A stretch of 64,000 bases of DNA from Williopsis jadinii (Eukaryota). Shown here piece after piece: positions 10,642-19,975 of the stretch (position 1 is the stretch's first letter; each line of letters starts with the position of its first letter). The position numbers and the translations under genes are program-made. The notes under the pieces are model-generated. The model was not told where the DNA came from, ran no database searches, and saw only the letters and a program-made list of their open reading frames with translations. The stretch spans positions 992,001 to 1,056,000 of the forward strand of contig AP024666.1 of assembly GCA_024346625.1 (NCBI GenBank), given 5' to 3'.

Positions 10642-12282
10642 TTACTCTTGTTCACCATCGTCATCTTCACTGTGGACGTCTTCGTCCTCTGCCTGGACAT
10701 CCTCGCTCTCCTGTTCACTCTCAGTGTTTCCTGCAGCCTCGAGAACGTCGTCATCGGCCTCATCGTTCTCACCATTTACGTATACAATGGACTCTTCTGC
10801 TTGGGATATAGCATCTCTGTGGTTTTGTTGCTTACTGGCAATGGCGTTTTCCTCGGCACGTTTGGAGATCTGCTCTCTGAGCACGAGTTGCGATCTCAAC
10901 AGTTCCAGTCTTCCTTGAAGTGCCAAAAGATCAGGCAACTGTTTAAGACCCTTCTTCAAGGCACCGTTTAGTGGCTTGAGATTTGCCTGTGAATTAATGG
11001 CTGAGGAGTGGTTCACAAGTATCCATTTCAGCCATGTGTTTAGAATTGAAGACTCACTAGGGTCACACTGCACCCTGGCAGACAAAACGTCAAATACCTG
11101 AACGGCGATCTCTGGAGAGATTGCAGATGAAACGTATCCCATCTTGTCCTCGCTGTCATTACTGATCAAGACGCGGAAGAGTTCTTCGACGTTATCGATT
11201 GAGTCTTGAATCAGAGTGACGAGTTTGGATTCTCGCACGTTGTATTCTTCAACAGCTTTTAGTTCAAAGACGATAGGTTCCGTTATCTTCTTGACCTTGG
11301 ATTGTTTCGTGGCTTGTTTGACATCAATTGTGATGTTTTCGGTACATGAATCAAGCTTGAAGCCTTGGAACTCAGGAACAACCCCCGTGTAAGATACAAA
11401 CACATCACCAGCCTGGTAAAACACCAAGTTTAATGGGATCTTTTTGTTGTTGGATGAGATGGCACTTGATGATTGCGCTGCTAAATTCACAATCGTAATG
11501 GCACCTGTCTTTAAAAGTGCAGCGATGGTTGTATCGTTTATGTAATGCAGTGTCTTGATTTGAGAGTTCAATGATAGCGTATTAGTCTCAGTGAAGTTGT
11601 TGCCTGTGAAAAGAATAACGTCTTCACCTTTTGAGATTGCAATGGTGGCACTGTTGTCAAGAAGCACTGAGCTTGAAGCTTTGCTCACTTCAAAGGTATG
11701 GACAAGTTCTCCAGCCTTGTTCACCAAGTAACTCTTCTCACCAAGGACAACAAATAGTTGCTCATCACCTCCATCAACAGTAGCAATACTTGTCACCTGG
11801 GTCACAGCCTTTGGATATTTCACGGTGTTCTTTGGCTTACCACTGTTAACGTCAAAGCCAATAATCTCCGAATCAGTGGACACCCACAAGTACGACCTGG
11901 ACGAGCATGAGGCCACTATAGGAGAGCCAGCTTCAAATTCAGAGATTGAATGATCCTGGAATGGAGAAAACACCTTGATCCGACCACTTTTCAATACACA
12001 CGCAAGATAGCTATTGGAGCTGGAACCAGAGACAGCGCCGTTGGACTGTCTTCTCTTAGATCTCTTGCCATTAGAGACTTCCCCAGTCGTGACCCACTCC
12101 AACGACAACACATCGTCTTCGGACTCAAGCACAAAGACACTAGCTAACGAGTTACACACCGAGACGCCCTTGTCAGCATCGTTCTGCAATGGGTATATTT
12201 GTACCTCTGTCTTTCCCTGTCTAGCCACCAGCGCAGCGTAGTACGCACCGGTAGAATCCACTTTTGCTATAGCTGTCTTCAT
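10642..12282 (-). CDS. UTP5: SSU processome t-UTP subunit Utp5 (WD-like N-terminus, Utp12 domain, acidic tail)
   Basis: WLKWILVNH...LPDLLALQGRLELL Utp12-family C-terminal domain, acidic tail, PAC motifs in promoter, adjacent to HPT1 as in S. cerevisiae. Confidence 0.75.
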   Translation of the reverse strand: MKTAIAKVDSTGAYYAALVARQGKTEVQIYPLQNDADKGVSVCNSLASVFVLESEDDVLSLEWVTTGEVSNGKRSKRRQSNGAVSGSSSNSYLACVLKSGRIKVFSPFQDHSISEFEAGSPIVASCSSRSYLWVSTDSEIIGFDVNSGKPKNTVKYPKAVTQVTSIATVDGGDEQLFVVLGEKSYLVNKAGELVHTFEVSKASSSVLLDNSATIAISKGEDVILFTGNNFTETNTLSLNSQIKTLHYINDTTIAALLKTGAITIVNLAAQSSSAISSNNKKIPLNLVFYQAGDVFVSYTGVVPEFQGFKLDSCTENITIDVKQATKQSKVKKITEPIVFELKAVEEYNVRESKLVTLIQDSIDNVEELFRVLISNDSEDKMGYVSSAISPEIAVQVFDVLSARVQCDPSESSILNTWLKWILVNHSSAINSQANLKPLNGALKKGLKQLPDLLALQGRLELLRSQLVLREQISKRAEENAIASKQQNHRDAISQAEESIVYVNGENDEADDDVLEAAGNTESEQESEDVQAEDEDVHSEDDDGEQE

Positions 12283-12400
12283 GATTGGTCACAACAGTCG
12301 ATTCCAGGATAAACAACACTGCAAAGAAAGCACCAAGAGCCGGGTTTAATACTCTTTACACTACCAAAAAGTGAATAATATCGCAAAGCTGAAAAGTTTC

Positions 12401-12471
12401 CTCATCTCTCAGCTCGCGGGAAAATTTTAAACGGCCCCGGGGCTTCGGTAGGGTAACAAAAGCGATGAGCT
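12401..12471. promoter_or_regulatory. Ribosome-biogenesis promoter motifs of UTP5 (two PAC, one RRPE-like, one Reb1-like)
   Basis: CTCATCTC at 12401, GAAAATTTT at about 12420, AGGGTAA at about 12450, GCGATGAG at 12462. Confidence 0.65.
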
Positions 12472-12609
12472 CTACGACACCGCCTAAAAAACACACAAAA
12501 AAAGGCCGAAAAGGGAAACCGAACCTATCTCCGTTGCTGCGGTTACGTGACTACATATACTCTCGCTGTGCAATACCAGATACAGCTCATTTGTTTATTC
12601 TATTCTTCT

Positions 12610-15600
12610 CTATAGATCAACAATATCTTTAAGAATGCTCTTTTGATCGTCGTTCAACTGGCCAAAGACGAATTGGGTCTTTTCGGTGTCACCCTGAGAT
12701 GATAACAGTACATCTTTACAGGTGGAGAAGACGTTGATCTCCTCCAAGATATCGTGGGCCAGTGGGTCCTCTGGTAAATCGTCGTCGTCGGTGTCGAAGA
12801 AGCCGGTGGATTTCAGCTTTTCAGCTTCCTGCTGTAAGAACTGCATGTATCCGTCTCCCACTGAGCCAGTGTCATTGTCGTCGTCATCCTCATTCACCCA
12901 TTCATCGTCAACGTCTTCGTACTCGACGAATTCGCCCAGGTCATCACCAGTGGATTCGTACTCCTTTCTGCGCTTGGCCAAGTCGTTGATTGCATCTGGA
13001 ATCTTATACATTAGCAACGACAAGTTCAACCCGAGCTGTGGTGCAAGTGTCTCAACTTGGTAGTGTCTCAATTCCTCCACAGATAGGGAAATGAGACTGA
13101 GAATACCCAGGATGGAGAGCTTCATGTCAAAGACTCTAGTGAGCTTTGGAATGTACTGGAACCACAGGTTGAAAAATGGCAACAGGAACTTGGAGTTTCC
13201 CAAGGCAGTCAAAGTGGCCTTGGTATGGTAGACAAACCCTGAAACTATGACGTTCATCATGTTAATGGCATAGATCTTTGACATCTCTTTCATTGAGACA
13301 ATACTGTTGATTGTCAACGCAAGAATCTCAGCAAGATATGGTTCTGAGTTTGGGCCCAAGGTCAAGACCAACTTTTGGGCAATCTCACCACCAAGGGCAT
13401 AGAAATCCAATGAATCCTCTTCATCACAGATAACACGTTTGAACAACTCCAATAAAGCCTTGGCATACTGAGGGTTGTTCTTGATCTGCTGTGAGCCGAA
13501 GCATAAAAAGTTGTTCAAGGCTGGCATGATGTCCTCCAAGTAGATGATTGCAGTGCTATCGACAAGGGCTTGCATGATGATCTCGAAGATCTTCCATGCA
13601 ACTGGAGAGATTTGACGTGTCAGGAATGTCGAGTTCTCTATCAATTCACAAACCTCACGGAAGAAGTCCTCTTCAGAATTAACAAAGACAAACTCCACTG
13701 CTGGGTAGAAGGTCTCCTCCAATTTGAATACGATATCTGCAGAACTTTCAAATGACAAAAGAACGGTGATCATCGTGTTTAAGAGACCCAATGCAGCCAT
13801 TTGCTTCTCCATCAGATCATCGTATGAACCGTCAAAGTCATCGACTTCAACCTGAGCAGCTTCGTGCAACTCACGAACCAGTTTCATGAACTGACCAACC
13901 AAGTTTGTCATCAAATCAACTCCAAATGGTTGTAGTTGCTCGCTAAAGATTTCAACGATTTCTTGCATGACCTGGGATACAGCTTCAACGTCAATTGTGT
14001 TGGAAAGTTGCAAAAGCTTTTGCATGGTGATAACAATGACTTCAGAGAGTGCCTCTTGAAATTGTGGTACTCTAACAAAGGATTGGATAGCCAAAGCAGC
14101 TTCCAATTGCACTGGTAGATGCGAGTCTTCAAAACAAGACATGATTCCACGATAGATGCAGTTCAAGGTAGCCTCCTGTTGCAATGGGATATCGGAGAAC
14201 TTGGATATGAGATCACAAGTTCTAGCCTTGATAAATGCAAATTTTGATTCAAAATGTGGTAGGACAAATTGTTGTAACAGGGTTTCCATCTGCGCATAGT
14301 ATGGTGACTTTTCATTGGCAAGGTGGTCCACCAAGGCACCAACAAGACGCATCGAACCTTCCAATTTCTTAGCATCCTCCAAGGATTGAGTTGAAGGGTC
14401 CTTTAATTGGTTCAACTGGCCAAATGCAAACTGTAAGATAGGCTCCAAAGTGGATTTCTTCTTCTTTCTAGTCAATGTCATCAGCAATGAGATACCTGCC
14501 AAATCAGAAGCGTTACTATCGTCAAAGATATCCAATCTTGTATGGATGTAATCCTCTGGATCGTCTTCAAACATCTCCAATGTCTCGTCAGAGGGACACA
14601 GCAGTTTGAAGATAAAGTGGGAAACGAGCAGCTGGACATGAGGTTTCAACAGCTCCCAGGTGTGCTTTTCTGAAATGGATCTCTCCAAGAAGCTCAGAAT
14701 GTAATAGATCTGCTCTTCACTCATCCACAGTTGATTAGAACACCACTGGTCAATCTGTGTCAAGTATAAGTTCAACAACTGGGGCACGAACTCCTTTCCG
14801 TAGATCTCCTTGAAAGAGTCATATTGGAAATTCTTGGACAATGACTGTGAGCCGTATCTTTCAAACAGACGGTACAGATTAGCGGAAGCCCATTTCTTTG
14901 TCTTCACCCATGGGTACAGCTTCCGCTCGTTTGGTTCAACATTGGCCAGTTCAGCAGGCAAGGGCTTGTTCAGCACCGCAACGTGGAAGTTCCCCCAATT
15001 CTGAATCGCCTCCAACGACTGAAGAGGGCCTGGGAGGTCGTGGTAGGTGACGTACTTGTACGTCTTGAGCAGCAGCACCGTCATCTCACCGGCCTCCACC
15101 GAATCCTCCTTCAGCAGCGTATCCGCCACGGACAGAAGCGTCGGGAAGTGGTGATTGATCAGGATGTCCAGCGCTGGTCGCTCAGCGTTACGGGTCCATC
15201 TGTACGTGGATGCCACTTTGGCAAACACCAAGAGCCCAGTGTAGGCAGAGTTCAGATCACCGGCGTACAGCAGCTTAAGCGCCTCATCGACCAGCGTAGG
15301 CCACTGAGAGGGATAATCGCTCGACACTATCGTCTCCAGAACCGGGATCAGTTGTCTCTTCAGGAAGTGGTCAGCGTTCACCAACGCCGGCAAGAGACGT
15401 TCTCTGATGTAAGGCTTCTCATCCGGGTCCACCCCGCCTTCCTCTCTATCCCAGTGGCGTTTGATCCTGTTCTTGAAGAACACAGCAGCAGCAGCCTTCA
15501 CTGGCGACGGCACAGAGTCGTTGGCTGAGATGATATCCAAGCATGCTCCCAGGAACCCCAACGACGTAGCAGCCTGTTGCAATTGGGACTCCGCATGCTG

Positions 15601-15663
15601 TCTTACTTGCTGATCTGGGCTCAGCGTAGCACCAAAGCACTCGAGAAGGGCGTTCGCATTCAT
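12610..15663 (-). CDS. NMD5: Importin-7-family karyopherin Nmd5
   Basis: LLECFGATL..GFLGACLDII..AAAVFFKNRI IBN_N domain, WVKTKKWA..LYRLFERYG, acidic C-terminus. ATG at 15663. Confidence 0.9.
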   Translation of the reverse strand: MNANALLECFGATLSPDQQVRQHAESQLQQAATSLGFLGACLDIISANDSVPSPVKAAAAVFFKNRIKRHWDREEGGVDPDEKPYIRERLLPALVNADHFLKRQLIPVLETIVSSDYPSQWPTLVDEALKLLYAGDLNSAYTGLLVFAKVASTYRWTRNAERPALDILINHHFPTLLSVADTLLKEDSVEAGEMTVLLLKTYKYVTYHDLPGPLQSLEAIQNWGNFHVAVLNKPLPAELANVEPNERKLYPWVKTKKWASANLYRLFERYGSQSLSKNFQYDSFKEIYGKEFVPQLLNLYLTQIDQWCSNQLWMSEEQIYYILSFLERSISEKHTWELLKPHVQLLVSHFIFKLLCPSDETLEMFEDDPEDYIHTRLDIFDDSNASDLAGISLLMTLTRKKKKSTLEPILQFAFGQLNQLKDPSTQSLEDAKKLEGSMRLVGALVDHLANEKSPYYAQMETLLQQFVLPHFESKFAFIKARTCDLISKFSDIPLQQEATLNCIYRGIMSCFEDSHLPVQLEAALAIQSFVRVPQFQEALSEVIVITMQKLLQLSNTIDVEAVSQVMQEIVEIFSEQLQPFGVDLMTNLVGQFMKLVRELHEAAQVEVDDFDGSYDDLMEKQMAALGLLNTMITVLLSFESSADIVFKLEETFYPAVEFVFVNSEEDFFREVCELIENSTFLTRQISPVAWKIFEIIMQALVDSTAIIYLEDIMPALNNFLCFGSQQIKNNPQYAKALLELFKRVICDEEDSLDFYALGGEIAQKLVLTLGPNSEPYLAEILALTINSIVSMKEMSKIYAINMMNVIVSGFVYHTKATLTALGNSKFLLPFFNLWFQYIPKLTRVFDMKLSILGILSLISLSVEELRHYQVETLAPQLGLNLSLLMYKIPDAINDLAKRRKEYESTGDDLGEFVEYEDVDDEWVNEDDDDNDTGSVGDGYMQFLQQEAEKLKSTGFFDTDDDDLPEDPLAHDILEEINVFSTCKDVLLSSQGDTEKTQFVFGQLNDDQKSILKDIVDL

Positions 15664-15796
15664 TTGGCTCGTGAGTCCAGGCGTGATGAAGCTTTGCTCG
15701 TGGTGCAAACAGCGTGCTCATCGGGCCTGTTGCAAAAATTTTTCCCTCCCTGTCTGTCTGTCCTTCTGCGTGTTGATGGGAAAACCTGAGCACGCG

Positions 15797-15922
15797 GGCA
15801 GCGTAGGCAGCGTAGGCAGGGGAGGCAGCGTAGGCAGGGAAAACAGGCACGCTCGTTAGGGGAAGCACAGGAAAGCCACACTGGGGAAGGGGAACTGTGG
15901 ACGGGGGACTGTGGACGGGGGA
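15797..15922 (+). repeat. GC-rich short tandem repeats in the NMD5 divergent promoter: (GGCAGCGTA)n and GACTGTGGACGGGG x2
   Basis: Read directly. Contains three TAGGCAG at 15804, 15813 and 15831. Confidence 0.8.
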
Positions 15923-16000
15923 GGGAGCGTAGAGGAGCCCATGATCTCCTTTTAACGCTCAGCTCCTGGTTCCTCCTCCACGGAGTCGTCATAAACAGCC

Positions 16001-16442
16001 ATGGAGCACGGTGAAGAAAGACAGAGAGCACCTTCTGTGTTCGTCACGCTTGGTAACGGGCGCCAATTGGATATCAGAGCACACCAAAGGACCTACGATG
16101 GGTCCTACATGAGAGCTTCCATTGCGGTGATGATTTTTGGTATGTCTTACTCTCTCTCTCTGCCTGTAGTTTGCTCCTCAGCACTGTTACTGACGCTGCT
16201 TTATAGCTATAATGATAACAAAGGTCTTTTCAAAGGAGTTCCTACCGATTGCTACGGTGTTCACGGTATACGGGTTTCTGATCTTTGCTATTTCAATCCA
16301 TAGATCTAACCAGATGAAGGATTACTACGCAGAGACCACGCAAACGTTATACTACAAGACGAGTGGCAACATCGTCCTGCTGATGAGCTCCATCACTGTA
16401 TTGAGCTATTTAGCACTGTTTGTGCTGATCTTACGCATGTGA
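16001..16442 (+). CDS. Small three-TM membrane protein, DUF202-like; join(16001..16139,16207..16442)
   Basis: Intron 16140-16206 (GTATGT, TACTGAC at 16188, TAG) joins the two ORF-track fragments in frame: ..RAHQRTYDGSYMRASIAVMIFAIMITKVFSKEF.. Resembles S. cerevisiae YJR112W-A from memory. Confidence 0.75.
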
Positions 16443-17661
16443 GCCGGGTTTCGAAGGCGCTGGGCTTGAGTCTCCGCTGCCACTGCTGCTAAATCCTTGC
16501 GAATAGACAGTTTCATGGGTGACGTCGCCAACGGTGGTTTCACTTGTTACCTTGGGGAACGCAGTGAGTATTGAAGAGGACTTCTTATAGACCAGCTTCC
16601 TAGACGGTGATAGCTCTGTGGTTCTCCTGTGGCCTGAATCTATCCTCGTTGGAGTTAGCGATCTGGCCCTATTTAGCTCCATCGCCAAATCATCGTTCTG
16701 TGCTTCAACTTTTTCAAAGGAGCTCAAAGACGATATTGGTTGCGTTGCGTTACTCCTCTGTTCTTGTTCTTGACTCATGTCTCGCTGTTCACCATCATCA
16801 TCATCATCATCATCTTCTTCTTCTTCTTCTTCCTCACTCTCAGACTCTGAGATGTGTACTGGAACTCCAGTATCACCACATCCTACTATCTCAACTTCCA
16901 CCGGAATGCTTGAACTCTTGATAGGCGTCGAACCACCTAGTATCGAAAGATCTTCAGTGCCATACGATGGCAGCTCAATGTTGTTATCCTTATAACTGTT
17001 CAACATGAGAAACTCCTCGGCATCTCCTTTACCTTTGCCTGTACACACAGGGAAAGTTTCAAAATCAGTATACCTCTTGTCAATTACAGGTGGGGTTTCA
17101 ACCTCCTCCAAGTGTTCCCTTTTAGGTAAAATCAACGTCAATAACAAGTTGAGCATCTTCAACATGAGTAGTCCCATAGCAGATAAAGCCAGCGCCTTGA
17201 ATAGAACTTCATAGTCTTTGTATATCGAATAGAGCTTGTGTTGCTTGCACACATCGGCTATTGAATGTATCTTACACGCCATACTCTCGGGAAGAAATTG
17301 CGCTACACACTGCGAAAGCCGTGACTCTAACTTCTCCTCGACACCATGGACGAGGCTTTCAACCTGATGTATAAGATCCTTTCTCCCCAGACCATGGGAA
17401 TACATAGGGTCAAGCACGCTGATGTGTGTCAGGTTCAATGGTGTGTGTGCAACCGCTATCTTATCGTGCACTATGTCATCAGATGGACCAATGAAGCGTT
17501 CTGTATCAACGTTAGTATCCTATAACGGTCATTATAGACACACAAGACATACGTAGCTGTGATCCCAACGAGTGTACTAAATGATCCATATCAGTCACTC
17601 CCATTAGCAGTGGGACCAGAAGAGTGGTGATCAGCACTCCAAAAATTCCAATTAGAAGCAT
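16431..17661 (-). CDS. NVJ1: Probable nucleus-vacuole junction protein Nvj1; complement(join(16431..17500,17553..17661)), 392 aa
   Basis: Intron 17552-17501 (GTATGT, TACTAAC, CAG) adds a hydrophobic N-terminus MLLIGIFGVLITTLLVPLLMG. Single internal TM, SYKD motif, acidic tract, C-terminal VTHETVYSQGF. Lies directly downstream of MDM31. Confidence 0.65.
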
Positions 17662-17769
17662 ACTATGTCGCTATCTCAAGAGTTCTACAACAACAAACTG
17701 TACGAGACTGTTGATAAGTTGAGTGCTTGGATGCTCCATAGCGGTTGCGTGTGCAGGTAAACATTGAGG

Positions 17770-17843
17770 GTGTGCGGGTGTAAATGGTGTGCGGGTGTGT
17801 GTGCGGGTGTGTTGGTGTCCAGGTGTGAATAATGTCCGGATGT
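17770..17843. promoter_or_regulatory. Array of five Rap1-type 12-mers (RTGTSYRGRTGT) upstream of the NVJ1-like gene
   Basis: GTGTGCGGGTGT x3 (17770, 17787, 17799), GTGTCCAGGTGT (17815), ATGTCCGGATGT (17832). Confidence 0.6.
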
Positions 17844-18012
17844 TCTCATCACACCTCATCGCCATCTTCTCCCACGTACAACAGGGCAAAACATCATTGG
17901 ATAGTATTCGTTAAAAGTTTGCTGTATATACATATAAAATGGACAGGCCATATGGTTATTCATAAGTCATTGATATGGGCGATGTTTGAACGCGAAGGAG
18001 AAAATGGAGAGG

Positions 18013-19761
18013 CTATGCAATTGCCCCCAAGCTCATCAACAGCAGTTGAATCAGTGCCTGCAAGCTCCAAAATGCAACCCTCTTCATCCTCAAAGTTCTA
18101 ACCTCTTCATTGGCAACGTAGAGGGCAAAGGCGTCATAGACCTCAATGGACATGTCGTCCATCAATAGGGAATCGTAGACGGTCCACGAGCCTTCAAAAT
18201 CTTCAACCTTTTTGACGATTCTGCAGTTCACGGGGATGTAGGTCTTCCTTGAGTTGATATAACCAACGATTGGTCTGATCAGTGCATTATTCACATAGGA
18301 CAGTTCATTGGTGAAGATTGGCACTGCAGCCTTGACGTTATTAAGCTTGATTTGTAAATCCATAACGAAATACTTCGAAGGCTCATATTCGTGGTTTGCT
18401 GGCGTCTTTTCTTCCTCGTCAAGCTCATTCTTGAGCGTGTTCGCTTCTGACCTGTTCTTCTTTGGCGATAGTATTCTTGCCCGTCTCGCCTCCTTGGCTA
18501 GAGAATCTCCAATGGACTGCAATATCTCCGTAACGTTCATCGTCTCATCTTCTGGCACCATGATGTCACCAATCATATCAACCTCACCGCTTGTTATCCA
18601 GCCAAACGGCCCTTCCATCCCGGCGTTTAAATGATCAACCTTCAAGGAGTCGACACGGCACCTGGTGACACGTTTCCACGGAGAGTTCTTCAGGTTAGGA
18701 TCGTCTCCAAAATCGTTTGCTCTTTGTCTCTTATGAATTGTGAACAACGAGTCGTCGTACGAGCCAGATACGTTCGTAGCGTTCAAGAAATCGTAGAAAA
18801 GCCAGTGCTTCCTCAGTATAGGCAATTCACAGTTAAATATACTAACGTTGAAAGGTCTGAACCCGTCTGGCTGTGCTAATGTGAACAGCACATCGGTCAT
18901 CTTGAAGTTTTCAAATTCGAAATCACCGGGTCTCTTCACGTTCTTGTAGTTTCTTGCATCGTCATCTGGATCCCAATGAACATGGGTACGGTCCACGATA
19001 CCTCTTACTCCATGAATATCCAGTTCATGGACTATACCTCGACCGTTAAGGAATTTGCTTAGTGACAACGACACATTCACTTGGTCGATGGTGAGGTCAA
19101 ACTGTGTGTAGTTCCCATCGTCATAGAACTCATCATTTTCATCAGTTCTCGATGCCCTTTCAATGGCTATGGCCTGGGAGCCCTTGGCAACACCAGGGTC
19201 CTTATTCTTGGGTCTTTTGGAGACAAAGCACTTGTTGAACGAGATCTTCCCGTCACGCCAGTCAGGCACGATGGCGCTTTCAAAGATCACCGTCATCCCT
19301 GAGTTCCTCGTTATCAAGTTGCCCAATTTACTGGCAACAAGCTCCTGTGCCAACACAGTGTTCATCAGTAGTATCACCAGCGAGGCAAACGCCGTCGTCC
19401 CAAACACAATCAGCAGCACGTTGCCCATCATTATCCAGGAGAAGAACGCAGAGAAGTCATCCACGTTGAACGGCCTCATGGACCTCTTCAGTACCCACTT
19501 GGTCCTGATCCGCAGCCTTTGCCATAGAGAATCTGTCCGTGACAGCCACTCCTCCTTGGTCCTTGGCCTGTCCTTCAGCGGCTCGTGGTGGAGAAACCTC
19601 CTCTGCCGCTGTTGATGTTGATGTTGCTGCGATGAGCTCAGTAGTAACGCTGACCTGTGCTGAAGCCCAGGCGGCTGCGCACAGAGTGAGCTCAGCGCCC
19701 TCAGGGGCATCGACACTCGCCCAGGGAGGCATCGATTCACTGGACAACACAGCCGGAGCAT
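18013..19761 (-). CDS. MDM31: Mitochondrial inner-membrane protein Mdm31
   Basis: WQRLRIRTKWVLKRSMRPFNVDDFSAFFSW, FESAIVPDW, YTQFDLTI, GVRGIVDRTHVHW. Arg-rich presequence from ATG 19761; alternative in-frame ATG at 19869. Confidence 0.92.
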   Translation of the reverse strand: MLRLCCPVNRCLPGRVSMPLRALSSLCAQPPGLQHRSALLLSSSQQHQHQQRQRRFLHHEPLKDRPRTKEEWLSRTDSLWQRLRIRTKWVLKRSMRPFNVDDFSAFFSWIMMGNVLLIVFGTTAFASLVILLMNTVLAQELVASKLGNLITRNSGMTVIFESAIVPDWRDGKISFNKCFVSKRPKNKDPGVAKGSQAIAIERASRTDENDEFYDDGNYTQFDLTIDQVNVSLSLSKFLNGRGIVHELDIHGVRGIVDRTHVHWDPDDDARNYKNVKRPGDFEFENFKMTDVLFTLAQPDGFRPFNVSIFNCELPILRKHWLFYDFLNATNVSGSYDDSLFTIHKRQRANDFGDDPNLKNSPWKRVTRCRVDSLKVDHLNAGMEGPFGWITSGEVDMIGDIMVPEDETMNVTEILQSIGDSLAKEARRARILSPKKNRSEANTLKNELDEEEKTPANHEYEPSKYFVMDLQIKLNNVKAAVPIFTNELSYVNNALIRPIVGYINSRKTYIPVNCRIVKKVEDFEGSWTVYDSLLMDDMSIEVYDAFALYVANEEVRTLRMKRVAFWSLQALIQLLLMSLGAIA

Positions 19762-19975
19762 CGCTATCTCTTTCTCCCTTCCCTTGGTCCTTCCAGCACG
19801 AGATGGAGTGATGAGGTGAAGTTTTTCACACCGCTCTCGGGCTTTAACCCGTGTAGCAGCAGCACACATGGGGGAGCAAGTGTGGGCAGCCAGCCAGGCC
19901 GTCAGTACAAAGGAGCTACACACGTAGGCCGGTTCTGATGTAACACAATTGTGTATATACACTATGCTATACAAT

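Noticed and set aside
16001..16303. Unspliced 100-aa ORF
   Set aside because: Reads through an intron with clear splice signals; the spliced model gives a better protein.
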